Positions 34,486 through 44,891 are shown, numbered from the stretch's first letter. The stretch: DNA of 47,722 nt from an uncultured Bdellovibrionales bacterium (GCA_964458715.1 CAYWJP010000002.1:1-47722); one strand, 5' to 3'. Notes: generated from the letters alone by a model not told the origin. Made by a program: numbers and translations.

Positions 34486-35973
34486 TTAAATAAAGTTAAT
34501 TTTTTTAAAACGATCATTGATATTATCTTTTCCTAGATTCAAAATAATACCATACATCAACCAGAAAAGCACGGCTGTTGGGCCAAATACTAAAATATTA
34601 CTAGTTAATCCTTCTAGGAGTAAACTTACAAAACAAGAAGCCACAATTACAAACCAAATCCTTTCGCCCTTTTTTGTACTTTCATATTTTTTATAAATAT
34701 CGATAAAATAGCGCCAAAGAACTTTTAGGAATATAATTAATCCAATTATTCCATAAGTATTCCAAAATAACAAATAGGAGTTATTTTGACTAGTCCTAAT
34801 TGGCAAAGTTCCAATATTTTTGGCTCCAAGACTTTCGCCGAAAAACCAATTGTCTTTAATAGTTTCTACTCCCCCAAACCATTGTTTTAAGTTTGCATTA
34901 GAAACAGTTTCAATAGATGCGTAAATATTAGGAATAATCATTGTCAAAATTATCAAACAGATTACAGAAATTGTAATAAGAAATTTTTTTCTGGTTAAAA
35001 TTCCCATAACCATAATTCCTATTCCAAGAAAAATTAAACTAGAATAAGAAAAGGTTAAAATTAACCCCGTAAATTGAACAAGTAGTAAAACTAACATCCA
35101 AATTCTTTTTCGAAATAATTTTCGATTCTTAAAATGACCACTAAATCTTTTAACTCGATAGATGCCATCCAACAGGCGAACTTTCTTTTTTCGACCCACT
35201 GTTTTTTTAATTAGGACTTTTTCTTGTTGTTTGTTCAAAACTATAAATCCTAAAGTAGCAATAATACTAATAATCAGCAAGGAAACTAGGGGATTTGCAC
35301 CGACTTGATCGTTTAGTCCAATCCCTAAGAACCCATTAATTTGATGAGCTGGTTGATTAAAAATAAGATTCTGACTTCTTTCAGTGGAAACTCCCATGCC
35401 AATCGAAGTTTGCCATCCGCCAGTAAACATAATAATTCCAAAAATAGCATGGGTTGTCATTACTCCAATTATCAAAGAGAAAAAATGTTTAATTCGTTTT
35501 TGGGTTTGAAAAAAATATTGAAATCCTACCAACAAAAACCAAATTAAAACCATATTTAAAGCAATCTTCCAAACAAGACTTTCAATTATTGTTTTGAAAA
35601 TTAATCCAAAAAATAAATATGAAAAACTCATCAAAAAAAGTAAAAAAAACGGAAAAGTCAGCCTATTTTTTAGAACTTTTTTGTCTGTTATTGCTAGTTT
35701 AATCACTCCAATCATGGAAATTAAACCTAACAATAAATCAAACAAAGAAATGCCTCCCGATCCTAGTTTTATAGTTGGAAACAAAAGAACCAAGCCTAGT
35801 AAAAATAACCATCCTTTAGAAAAACTTTTATACAAAACAAAAATCGCCGCCAAAAGTATGGTAATTAAAACTGTTGCTAATACATTCAATGTTAAAACTA
35901 AATTTAAAACTGAAATCATCAGCACTATGAATAGTGGTAATATTAAATTTTTATCGAAATGGTCTTTAATCAA
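34486..35973 (-). CDS. O-antigen-ligase-like polytopic membrane protein
   Basis: 495 aa with more than 10 TM segments. Its organisation resembles 6822..8234 and the N-terminal half of 15507..18161. Confidence 0.5.
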   Translation of the reverse strand: MIKDHFDKNLILPLFIVLMISVLNLVLTLNVLATVLITILLAAIFVLYKSFSKGWLFLLGLVLLFPTIKLGSGGISLFDLLLGLISMIGVIKLAITDKKVLKNRLTFPFFLLFLMSFSYLFFGLIFKTIIESLVWKIALNMVLIWFLLVGFQYFFQTQKRIKHFFSLIIGVMTTHAIFGIIMFTGGWQTSIGMGVSTERSQNLIFNQPAHQINGFLGIGLNDQVGANPLVSLLIISIIATLGFIVLNKQQEKVLIKKTVGRKKKVRLLDGIYRVKRFSGHFKNRKLFRKRIWMLVLLLVQFTGLILTFSYSSLIFLGIGIMVMGILTRKKFLITISVICLIILTMIIPNIYASIETVSNANLKQWFGGVETIKDNWFFGESLGAKNIGTLPIRTSQNNSYLLFWNTYGIIGLIIFLKVLWRYFIDIYKKYESTKKGERIWFVIVASCFVSLLLEGLTSNILVFGPTAVLFWLMYGIILNLGKDNINDRFKKINFI

Positions 35974-36223
35974 CTTTATTCCATTTTCAAACCAAATTAG
36001 TTGCTTTATAAGTTTTTATTAAAACATAAAATCCAACTTCAATTTTAAATATGAGTATAACACGAAAAATATATTTTGGCAATAGAAAAAGGATATATTT
36101 TATTCACAATTCTAATCTAAAATCAAAAAACATTCTTATGATTATAATAAATTAGTTTAATGAAACTAGCTATTATTTTCTAAAAAGAATGTTTTACGAA
36201 AGCATCTTTAAACTAAATAAAAA

Positions 36224-38083
36224 TTATTGAGTCATTTCGATAGTTATGTTTTTATTTTTTACCGGAAAAATACTCAACCAAGAAGGCGAATAAAATATTA
36301 CTGCTTTTTTTATCTTTGATAGACTGGTCAAAAAAGCTTTTAACTCATCGTTATTTTTGTTACTTAATTCTTTTTTTAATTTAATTTCGTCTATAATTGG
36401 CCAATAGATAGCATTGGCGGCTATTGACAATTCTAATTTTTTGGATTCATTATTAACAACATCTTTTTCAAAATTAATTTTACTTATTTTCTCAAATTCA
36501 AGACTTTCTAAATTTTCATCTTCAAAAGAATCTTTAATAATTTTTTCAAACTCATTATTGCTAAAAGTGAATAATTTTATTTTTTCTCGAATAGTGTAAC
36601 TGAATTTATTAATTATATCGCCAGGAGCATAAGAAGAATCGCTACCGATTATTTCTTTTTCGATTGAACTTAAAACAAAAGTTTCATTCTCTCCTAATTC
36701 TTTTTTAATGTTTTCTTCTAAATTTTTGTTAAATAATTCGATTGTTTTTTCTCTGGCTGAATTAATGTCTTGCTCCGTTACAATCTTAACTTTTTTATTT
36801 TCAATATCATTTGCTCCGCCCGTCATCGAATTTTCCGAAACGACTTTAAATTTTTCATATTTTTCGCTTCCTTTAAACCCTTCGATAGTAAATTCGCTAG
36901 CTTCAATATTATAATTTTGACCAATTTCACTAGCTATAACTTGGGCCTCTATTACACCGGGTTTGTCATCAATTACTCCAGGAACTGTTACGTTTTTAAC
37001 TAAACGAAAAAGCTTTCCTTCTTTTGAAAGAACTCGAGTTGTAGCGACCAATGGTTGCTTGATTGTCGAGTAATTGTTATATATTTTTACAATTCCTCTG
37101 GCCATCCCTTTGTCATTACTAAATTCTTCTCCGCTGGAATCATATTGGTCGCTAATCGTAAGTGTTAATTCTTGATATTCACCGTTAAGGCAATCACCGG
37201 AATTTAATTTTTCTTCGCAAATAGTTAAATCCAATTTTGTATCTAAAACTTCTTCTTTTAAAAACAGCTCTATTTTCATCTTAGGCCAATTAGAAAGGCT
37301 CCAGTAACCTAAAAACAATAATAGTAAAAAACTAACAAAAACAGAAAATATCTTAATTTTTTTACTATTTGGAGATTTAAATTTAACTTTCTTTTTGGGT
37401 TTTTTTTCTAAATAAGAGTCCTTCTTGTCGAGAATACTTTCTTGATAAAAATCATCAATAGTATTTCTTGAACTAAAATTACTTTTTTTATCGAAATTTA
37501 AATTAGGTCTAAATTTGGGCTCTTCTTTTTTAATTTTCTCTTTACTATCAATTTCTTTTTTAAGATTATAATTTTGAAGATGTTCATCGCCAAAAGTATT
37601 TGGGGTAATAACTTTAATTTTTTTACTTTCCAATGTTGAAGATGGAAAATGTTGCTCAATTGCTTCAAAGGGCTTTTCTTTATTTGAATCTTTTAAATTT
37701 GAATTATAAAAATTAGAGCTTCCGATTTCTCTTTTTTCAGGTTTTTGAGTGGATATCTGATCTTGAGTTTTTTTTGTTTCAGGCTCCTCTTGATTTTTTA
37801 AATCAAGATCTTCATTGCTAACAAAATCCTGAACTGATTTAGTTTTTGTTTCCAACCCAACTCTTTTTATAATTCTTTTTGAATGTTGATCCGATGTAAC
37901 TAGAATTATTTTTTTTCCCATTTTTGCTACTTCCTTTTTTAGTAATTTTAAATTTATAATTCCTTGAGTAAGAAGAGAGTTTTTTGGAACAACTAAAAAA
38001 ATTTCACGAGTAGTTTCTCTTCTAATTTTATTAATTATTCCTATTATCTCTTCATCAACATCGATATAAATAGTTTTGTGCAT
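36224..38083 (-). CDS. Bitopic membrane protein of unknown function (cytoplasmic about 80-aa N-domain, K/E-rich linker, 1 TM, about 350-aa outer domain)
   Basis: TM segment IKIFSVFVSFLLLLFLGYWSL at about aa 245. There is a 3-nt gap after the ftsA-like stop. I recognise no catalytic motif. Confidence 0.6.
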   Translation of the reverse strand: MHKTIYIDVDEEIIGIINKIRRETTREIFLVVPKNSLLTQGIINLKLLKKEVAKMGKKIILVTSDQHSKRIIKRVGLETKTKSVQDFVSNEDLDLKNQEEPETKKTQDQISTQKPEKREIGSSNFYNSNLKDSNKEKPFEAIEQHFPSSTLESKKIKVITPNTFGDEHLQNYNLKKEIDSKEKIKKEEPKFRPNLNFDKKSNFSSRNTIDDFYQESILDKKDSYLEKKPKKKVKFKSPNSKKIKIFSVFVSFLLLLFLGYWSLSNWPKMKIELFLKEEVLDTKLDLTICEEKLNSGDCLNGEYQELTLTISDQYDSSGEEFSNDKGMARGIVKIYNNYSTIKQPLVATTRVLSKEGKLFRLVKNVTVPGVIDDKPGVIEAQVIASEIGQNYNIEASEFTIEGFKGSEKYEKFKVVSENSMTGGANDIENKKVKIVTEQDINSAREKTIELFNKNLEENIKKELGENETFVLSSIEKEIIGSDSSYAPGDIINKFSYTIREKIKLFTFSNNEFEKIIKDSFEDENLESLEFEKISKINFEKDVVNNESKKLELSIAANAIYWPIIDEIKLKKELSNKNNDELKAFLTSLSKIKKAVIFYSPSWLSIFPVKNKNITIEMTQ

Positions 38084-38086
38084 TTT

Positions 38087-39352
38087 TTAATTTTGAATTA
38101 TTTTTATAGCTTTATTTAATGCTTCTGAAAGAACATCATTATTCCCTGAATCAAGAATTAAACTAGCTAATCCCATGGGAGTTACATCTTGAGGATTAGT
38201 TAACTTGCCGGTTTTGTCTATTATTTTTATAATATCATGTGGTTGAATATAACCGATAGTTGGTTTATCTGGAAAAGGTATTCGACTGAGCCATTTTTCA
38301 GAATTTAATTGCTCATATATTCCTGGCAATCCACTACCTCCACCACATAATAAAATTCTTGGTGGCAAAGAGTCCAATCTGGAAGAACAAAAATTTTCTA
38401 ATGCAATTTCTACTCCCGAAAGCCACACTTCGCAATCTTCTCTGAGTGAATCTTCAATTTTTCCAATATATTGATCTTCAATTTTTCCTTTTGAATAAAG
38501 TAACTTTGCCTCTTCTGCTTCCTCAAAGGACAAATGAAATTTCCTAGCTAAACTTTTGGTAAAACTTCTTCCTCCTAATCCAAAAATTGAAGTTCCCTCT
38601 AAACTGCCATTTTTAATAACAGCAATATCAGTAGTTCCTCCCCCAACATCAATTAAAATTGCTCCGAAATCAGGATGATTCTCTAGCCCCATCCCGTTAA
38701 CAGCCGCATAAGGCTCGGCAGCAATGGAAATCAGCTTCAAATCTAATTCCTTGGAAATGCTTTGGATTGCTCCCAGGTGAATCAAGGGAGCATAGGCATT
38801 AAAAACACTGATAGAAACATCTCTTCCTTGGAAACCTACGGGATTAGTCACCCGATAACCATCGATTTCAACATTAACAATAGCAGCATTAATAAGCTTT
38901 ACTTCTATGTCAGCATGATCAGATTCATACGCTAATTGTTTTTTAATTCTTTCAAAGGCTTTCCATTGAATTTTCTGAATGATGTTTTTTATTTCAGGCA
39001 TATCAATGCGAATTTCTGGCTTAGCTCTTTCGTAATGAACGGTCGTAGTAGAACCTTTAACAAATTCTCCAGCTATTCCAATAATAGTGTTCTTTACGTT
39101 TTTTATTCCAGCTTCTTGACAAGCAATATCAATTGATTTTTGACAAGTTTCGATTACTCCTCCGATATCGCTTACCGCCCCACTAGTCATATTTCCAATT
39201 TTTTGTCTAGTTTTGCCAACACCAAAAATTATCCCTTTTTGAGATTCTGTATCTACTTTGTAAACTAAGCTTTTAACAAATTCTGTTCCTATATCCAATG
39301 CCAGAAAAAAATCTTTGTTAAATTTTTTGTCTTTTCCAAAAAATAAAGCCAT
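38087..39352 (-). CDS. ftsA: FtsA-like actin-fold ATPase
   Basis: Phosphate-1 ALDIGTEFVK, phosphate-2 IDVGGGTTDIAV, adenosine motif LCGGGSGLPG, an inserted 1C-like domain and a C-terminal amphipathic tail. Confidence 0.65.
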   Translation of the reverse strand: MALFFGKDKKFNKDFFLALDIGTEFVKSLVYKVDTESQKGIIFGVGKTRQKIGNMTSGAVSDIGGVIETCQKSIDIACQEAGIKNVKNTIIGIAGEFVKGSTTTVHYERAKPEIRIDMPEIKNIIQKIQWKAFERIKKQLAYESDHADIEVKLINAAIVNVEIDGYRVTNPVGFQGRDVSISVFNAYAPLIHLGAIQSISKELDLKLISIAAEPYAAVNGMGLENHPDFGAILIDVGGGTTDIAVIKNGSLEGTSIFGLGGRSFTKSLARKFHLSFEEAEEAKLLYSKGKIEDQYIGKIEDSLREDCEVWLSGVEIALENFCSSRLDSLPPRILLCGGGSGLPGIYEQLNSEKWLSRIPFPDKPTIGYIQPHDIIKIIDKTGKLTNPQDVTPMGLASLILDSGNNDVLSEALNKAIKIIQN

Positions 39353-39398
39353 TTTTTTATTTTTTTATCTAAACCTAATCTAATTATATCATTCTAAT

Positions 39399-40133
39399 TT
39401 ATTTATTACGAGCCGCTCTTCCAGCCATGCATTTATTTTTAGCATTTGATCTCTTACAATATTCTAACATCACTGCCCTAAATTTACCAGTAGTGATTAT
39501 TTCCCCTTTTTCAATCAAAGTAGCTTTATCGGCAATTAACCCCGCTTCTTCTCGATGAGTTATTAACAAAATAGAACATTTTAATTTATTTTTTATTTTA
39601 AGAAGCAAGTCATAAAGCTCATTATAAACTATAATATCCAAAGATGCATCAGGTTCATCTAAAATCATTAGCTTAGGTCTCATTAAAATTACAGACGCTA
39701 ATTCAATTCTCTTCCTCTCTCCTCCACTTAATTTTTCATCAATTTTTCTATCCAAAATTTCTTCATTTAAATCCATCATTTCAAGAGCTTTTTTGAGATC
39801 TTGTTTAGAATTATTTTTGTTACTAGCTAAAAGAAAAGCCCCTACCGAAAGTCCTTCGAATCGAGCTGGCTCCTGAAAAGCCAGAGTTAAGCCCATTTTT
39901 GCTCTTTCGTGAATAGCTTTTTTAGTAATATCCTTTTTTAAAAAAATAATTTTTCCAGATTTAATTAAATTAGAATTTATCCCCATTAAAGCATAGGCCA
40001 AGCTAGTTTTTCCACTTCCATTTTTACCTAAAAGACAGTGAATTTCATTTTCTCCAATTTCTAAATTAACCTTATTAAGAATATCTTTTTTATCTAAATA
40101 ATTTTTTAAGGTTAGATTGATTGTTTTGAGCAT
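39399..40133 (-). CDS. SufC-like ABC ATPase (no transmembrane partner adjacent)
   Basis: GKNGSGKTSLAYALMG, LSGGERKRIELASVILMRPKLMILDEPDASLDI and ITHREE give a SufC-like pattern. The C-terminal tail is basic and Cys-containing. Confidence 0.6.
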   Translation of the reverse strand: MLKTINLTLKNYLDKKDILNKVNLEIGENEIHCLLGKNGSGKTSLAYALMGINSNLIKSGKIIFLKKDITKKAIHERAKMGLTLAFQEPARFEGLSVGAFLLASNKNNSKQDLKKALEMMDLNEEILDRKIDEKLSGGERKRIELASVILMRPKLMILDEPDASLDIIVYNELYDLLLKIKNKLKCSILLITHREEAGLIADKATLIEKGEIITTGKFRAVMLEYCKRSNAKNKCMAGRAARNK

Positions 40134-40137
40134 TTAA

Positions 40138-40317
40138 TTATTTTTTAATGAAAATAGCTTGACAAGGACAACTCTCAATAACTTCTTCGAGATTGCAACT
40201 GTTTAAATCAAAAGTTGAAATTTCAGCTATACCATTTTTTATTGAAAAACATTCAGGACAAATTGATTGGCAAATTCCACAACCAATACAATTTTCTTTT
40301 TTAATTATACATACCAT
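40138..40317 (-). CDS. Small 4Fe-4S ferredoxin (59 aa)
   Basis: Hand translation: MVCIIKKENCIGCGICQSICPECFSIKNGIAEISTFDLNSCNLEEVIESCPCQAIFIKK. It has a CxxCxxCxxxCP motif. It falls below the ORF-track length cutoff. Confidence 0.7.
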   Translation of the reverse strand: MVCIIKKENCIGCGICQSICPECFSIKNGIAEISTFDLNSCNLEEVIESCPCQAIFIKK

Positions 40318-40337
40318 AAAATTAAATTAGTTTAAAA

Positions 40338-41375
40338 TTAATAAATACTAGGATCTCCTTCGGATTTATTACGTAAAATATTCTCATTATTTTCAAGGGT
40401 AGAATTGGAAAATTTAATTTTAAGACTTTCTTCGTCCCAAAAATATTCTTTCAAGAAAATTTTGATTGAAAAAGTGGCTTTTTGATCATTGAACCAATTT
40501 AAAAAACTTCCTTCAGGAGTGAATATTTGCTTTAATTTAACCTCTTTTATTCCTTCTTTCTCTTTAACTTCCTCGAGATATATTAAATGACTTCCTAATG
40601 AACTTTGAATTACTTCAGAAAATTCGCCAGGTTCCATGGAATAAGCTTTCTCAGCAATGGGCTCAACTAGGTATTCTTTCTTAAACCATCCCAGCGATCC
40701 CCCATTTTTAGCCGTTTCTCCTTGTGAATATTTACTAGCTACTTTTTCAAAATTAATTCCATTTTTTAGTTCTTGATAGGCCTTCTCAATTTCACTTCCA
40801 ATTAAATCATCGCTGGCTATTTCTTTTTCATAATAACTGATTAATGCTTCTAAATAAAGCTTAGGAAGAATAACTTTATCCCTAAAATCACTCAGTTTCC
40901 AATTATAAAGCTTTTTAAGATTTAGCGCTAGATTTTCTGTACTTCCTGCTGCTTGAGTCTTGGCAATTAATTCTTGCTCAGCTTCTTTCTGGGAAATATT
41001 AATTCCTTTAGATTCTGCAATCAATTTAATAATTTCATCTTCTATTAATTTATTAAAAATTTCTTTTTCTTTTATTTTCAAACGTTGCTTGCCTTCTTCT
41101 GTTTTAAAATCAATTCTCATTCCTATTTCAGAAAAATCTTGAGAAACGTAAAACCTCTCTAAGGATTCCGCGTTAGATAAAATATCCCTGGTTGTTAATA
41201 TCTTATTCTTATTAATTAGTGCAATTGGATAAGGAATCGTTTTAAAAAAACTTTTAGTAAAATTGTTCAAAGGACTACAAAAATAAAAAATTCCTAAAAA
41301 AATAATCGCAAAAATCAACAATAACCCAATGAATAAAGTGATTTTATTAAAAATTATTTTATTTTGTTTTTTCAT
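40338..41375 (-). CDS. Membrane-anchored parvulin-type peptidyl-prolyl isomerase (PpiC/SurA-like)
   Basis: N-terminal TM and a C-terminal rotamase segment, GGSLGWFKKEYLVEPIAEKAYSMEPGEFSEVIQSSLGSHLIYLEE. Confidence 0.75.
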   Translation of the reverse strand: MKKQNKIIFNKITLFIGLLLIFAIIFLGIFYFCSPLNNFTKSFFKTIPYPIALINKNKILTTRDILSNAESLERFYVSQDFSEIGMRIDFKTEEGKQRLKIKEKEIFNKLIEDEIIKLIAESKGINISQKEAEQELIAKTQAAGSTENLALNLKKLYNWKLSDFRDKVILPKLYLEALISYYEKEIASDDLIGSEIEKAYQELKNGINFEKVASKYSQGETAKNGGSLGWFKKEYLVEPIAEKAYSMEPGEFSEVIQSSLGSHLIYLEEVKEKEGIKEVKLKQIFTPEGSFLNWFNDQKATFSIKIFLKEYFWDEESLKIKFSNSTLENNENILRNKSEGDPSIY

Positions 41376-41444
41376 TTTGTTTTTATTGAAAAATTTATTG
41401 GAATCTTTTTTAACCTTATCAATTTAATCACTTTAAATCAAGCT

Positions 41445-42710
41445 CTATTCATTTCTCAAAGCTTCTATCGGAGTTAATCGAGAAGCTTTTTTAGCAGGTT
41501 TATAACCGAAAACAATACCTGTGATCATTGAAAATCCAACTGCTAAAATTATTGAAAATAAAGTAACTGGAAAATTTAAAATAAAATTAAATTTCGAAGC
41601 AATTATTTCAGCTATTTTAGAAAATGCAAAACCAGCTAAAATGCCTATTATTCCCCCAATCATCGTTAGTATTATAGCCTCATAAATAAATTGCATTAAA
41701 ATATCTTTATTTTTAGCACCAACAGCTTTTCTTAGCCCAATTTCAAAAGTTCTTTCAGTGACAGCAACATACATTACGTTCATTATTCCTACTCCGCCGA
41801 CAACTAATGAAATAGAAGTTAATCCAATTAATAAAGCGTTTAATATACTAAAAACTTGTCCGACAATCTCCGTAGCTTCTGCCATAGAAGTAATCGCAAA
41901 ATCATCGTCAATCAGTTTATCTATGTCATGATTTTCTCTTAAAATCTTTTCCATGGCTTTTATAGTAACTGAATCTTTGAGAGTATTGTTGCTTTTAAAA
42001 ATTGCCCATTGAATGTGATCAGTTCCTAAAAGTTTTTTTTGGATAGTTTGAGTAGGAAGATAAACGATGTTATCAAAATCAAAAAATCCCGTAGAACCTC
42101 GACTTTCCAAAACACCTTTAACTAAATATTTTTGATTACCAATTTTAATTTTTTTACCGATAGCTTCTTTGTTATCAAATAAATTTTTAGTAATTTCACT
42201 TCCCAAAATAGCCTGAGGTTGATAATTATTGCCATCGTCTTCAGTAAATTTTATTCCTTTTGATAATTTCATGTTTTCATCAACATCAAAAACACCAGAA
42301 GTTACCCCCATAATCATTGTAATTTTGTTTTTATCTTCAAAAGAAATTAATTTTTGAGTCATTATTCCGGCATACCAATTGTCTAGATTTTCTAATTTAG
42401 CTAATTCTTCAGCATCTTCTAGCGTTAAAGTTTTAATTTCAGTTCCGCTAGCTATTCCTCCGGCGTTGCTAGAGGAAGTTTTGTCTTTTCCTGGAACCTT
42501 AACTTCTACGTTGATAATATCAGTTCCAAACGAATCTATTTGATCGATAACATATTCTTTCATTCCAGCCCCTAAGGATAATACAACAATTACTAACATC
42601 ACACCGATCACTACTCCTAATAAAGACAAAGCAGTTCTGTTCTTATTTTTAAATAAGTCTTTCAACGCCAATCGAAAAGCGGTTTGTTGTAGTCTTAAAA
42701 AGTTAATCAT
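41445..42710 (-). CDS. ABC permease, MacB/FtsX family
   Basis: TM1, a MacB-type periplasmic core domain and a C-terminal FtsX domain (ERTFEIGLRKAVGAKNKDIL). Confidence 0.85.
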   Translation of the reverse strand: MINFLRLQQTAFRLALKDLFKNKNRTALSLLGVVIGVMLVIVVLSLGAGMKEYVIDQIDSFGTDIINVEVKVPGKDKTSSSNAGGIASGTEIKTLTLEDAEELAKLENLDNWYAGIMTQKLISFEDKNKITMIMGVTSGVFDVDENMKLSKGIKFTEDDGNNYQPQAILGSEITKNLFDNKEAIGKKIKIGNQKYLVKGVLESRGSTGFFDFDNIVYLPTQTIQKKLLGTDHIQWAIFKSNNTLKDSVTIKAMEKILRENHDIDKLIDDDFAITSMAEATEIVGQVFSILNALLIGLTSISLVVGGVGIMNVMYVAVTERTFEIGLRKAVGAKNKDILMQFIYEAIILTMIGGIIGILAGFAFSKIAEIIASKFNFILNFPVTLFSIILAVGFSMITGIVFGYKPAKKASRLTPIEALRNE

Positions 42711-42735
42711 TGAATTATTTTAAAATAATCTCTAG

Positions 42736-43983
42736 TTATTCATAATGCAAAGCTTCCATTGGACTTATTCGAGAAGCTTTTTTGGCTGGATAAATTCCAA
42801 AAATTATTCCGACTATTACAGATATCGATACAGCAATAAAAATGGACATAGGAGAGATAATAAATTTCCAACTATAACCAAGATAATTAACAATAGCAAA
42901 AATTAAAAAAGAAGTAATAATTCCGAAAATTATTCCAATCAAACCTCCCACTAGAGAAACAAAGATAGATTCTACTAAAAACTGAGCCAAAACATCTTTA
43001 TTTCTAGCTCCGATAGATTTTCTTAACCCGACCTCTTTGATTCTCTGATTAACTGAAATAAGCATAATATTCATTATTCCAATTCCTCCAACCAATAAAG
43101 AAACTGAAGCCACCGCTAAAAGAAAATATCTAATAATATCTGTAATGCTTTTAATCATTTCTAGCGCCATAGCCTGATCTCTAATAGAAAAATCATCCTT
43201 GCTGGGATCATCAATGTTGTGTTGAGTCCTTAGTATTTGAATAATTTCTTTTTTAGCTGAATCAATTTGTTCGGCTTGTTCTATTTTTATTCTAATAAAA
43301 TTCAAATGATTAGACCCTAGTATTAATTTTTGAGCAGTTTTTAAAGGAATTAAAACCGAGTCATTTTGACTAGTGGCTCCAAAAGCCGAAGTTCCTTCTT
43401 CTTCCAGAATTCCTATTACTTTAAAATAATGGTTTTTTATTTTTATTTTCTGGTTTATTGGATCTTCGTTTTTAAAAAAATCTTCAGCTACGGTATATCC
43501 CAATACCGCTATTTTATCTAAGCCAACATCGTCTTTTTCGGAAAAAAAACGTCCGTTTAATATTTTTGTATCAGCAACTTCCAAATAACTGCTTGTAGTA
43601 CCCATTAAACTAAGATTTTCATCATAATCGCTCCTTGAAACAGAAACTGTTCCATTACTATAACCAGCAATCGCCGACAATCCTTTTATCCTTTTATTGT
43701 TTTTTATCGCTTCTAAATCGTCATTAACAAGAGTTTTAATAACAATTCCATAAACTGCAGCGGGTGGGCCATTGTCGTCAGAAGCACCAGGAATTACTGC
43801 AATTAAATTAGAACCCAAGCCTTCAACTTGTTCTAAAATTAATCTTTGAGCCGAACTGCCAATAGCCATTATTATTATAACTGAAGCCACTCCAATAATT
43901 ATTCCCAGAATGGTTAAAAAAGAACGGGTTTTATCCGCTAACAAATTTTTTTGAGAGAATTTTATGGCATTTAGTAAATACAT
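42736..43983 (-). CDS. ABC permease, MacB/FtsX family (paralog)
   Basis: Same architecture as 41445..42710 (QRIKEVGLRKSIGARNKDVL). Confidence 0.85.
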   Translation of the reverse strand: MYLLNAIKFSQKNLLADKTRSFLTILGIIIGVASVIIIMAIGSSAQRLILEQVEGLGSNLIAVIPGASDDNGPPAAVYGIVIKTLVNDDLEAIKNNKRIKGLSAIAGYSNGTVSVSRSDYDENLSLMGTTSSYLEVADTKILNGRFFSEKDDVGLDKIAVLGYTVAEDFFKNEDPINQKIKIKNHYFKVIGILEEEGTSAFGATSQNDSVLIPLKTAQKLILGSNHLNFIRIKIEQAEQIDSAKKEIIQILRTQHNIDDPSKDDFSIRDQAMALEMIKSITDIIRYFLLAVASVSLLVGGIGIMNIMLISVNQRIKEVGLRKSIGARNKDVLAQFLVESIFVSLVGGLIGIIFGIITSFLIFAIVNYLGYSWKFIISPMSIFIAVSISVIVGIIFGIYPAKKASRISPMEALHYE

Positions 43984-44158
43984 TAAGAAATTTACAATTT
44001 ACAATAAACCAATTTACAATAAATTTTCGATACTTCCTGCCGGCAGGCAGGTAATTTTAAAACTCACATAAGCGAAGCTTGCGTTCATTGAAAATTATTT
44101 AATTATGAAATTGAAAATTGATTGGAAATTGAAAATTGGTTTATTGAAAATTAAAAAA
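43984..44158. repeat. Long AT-rich imperfect palindrome with GC cores, filling the ATPase-permease intergenic gap
   Basis: 13-bp perfect inverted repeat caataaaccaatt (44002-44014) / aattggtttattg (44134-44146). Tandem atttaca and ttgaaaa motifs form the arms. The cores are cctgccggcagg (44036-44047) and aagcgaagcttgcg (44070-44083), the latter identical to 11170-11183. Confidence 0.7.
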
Positions 44159-44854
44159 TCAAGATCTTTGATCTTTTATTATTTTTCCATCTTCCACCTT
44201 AATAATTCGTCTAGCATATTTAGCAATTGATTCTTCGTGAGTAACTAAAATAATAGTTTTTCCATTTTTATTTAAATTTTCAAATATTTTCATAATACTT
44301 TCCCCTGACTTTGAATCCAAATTTCCCGTAGGTTCATCAGCAAAAATAACTCTTGGGTCATTAACTAAAGCCCTGGCAATAGCCACTCTTTGTTTTTGCC
44401 CTCCAGATATTTGATTAGAGAGATATTCAGCTCGATGTCTTAGATTAACTGCTTCTAGCGCTTTATTTATTTTATCGATGTTTTCTTGTCGATTAGTTTT
44501 CTGAATATTATACAAAAGTGGTAATTCTACATTTTCATAAACACTTGTGCGCGGAAGAAGATTGAAGGATTGAAAAACAAAACCAGCTTCTTGATTTCGG
44601 ATATTGGAAAGTTCGTCATCAGAATAGTTTTTGACACTTCTGCCTTGAAATAAATATTCTCCGCCACTTTGTTTGTCCAAAAAACCTAAAATTTGCATCA
44701 GAGTTGACTTCCCTGACCCGCTAGGACCCATAATAGCAATAAATTCACCTGCTTCAATTGAAAAAGTGGCTTCTCTTAACGCTTTAGTTTCCGCTCCTTC
44801 ATTATTGTAAGTTTTAGCTAAATTTTTTACTTCAATTAGTTTCTGTTTTTTCAT
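44159..44854 (-). CDS. ABC transporter ATP-binding protein (MacB/LolD-type)
   Basis: [35 protein letters not shown] and VTHE. Confidence 0.9.
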   Translation of the reverse strand: MKKQKLIEVKNLAKTYNNEGAETKALREATFSIEAGEFIAIMGPSGSGKSTLMQILGFLDKQSGGEYLFQGRSVKNYSDDELSNIRNQEAGFVFQSFNLLPRTSVYENVELPLLYNIQKTNRQENIDKINKALEAVNLRHRAEYLSNQISGGQKQRVAIARALVNDPRVIFADEPTGNLDSKSGESIMKIFENLNKNGKTIILVTHEESIAKYARRIIKVEDGKIIKDQRS

Positions 44855-44891
44855 TTTTAAATTTTTATAAATTTATCCGCTTTTGGCGGAT

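Noticed and set aside
35341-36022. Plus-strand ORFs 35341..35547 and 35594..36022.
   Set aside because: They are antisense shadows of the polytopic membrane gene 34486..35973; hydrophobic codons read as K/N-rich on the opposite strand.
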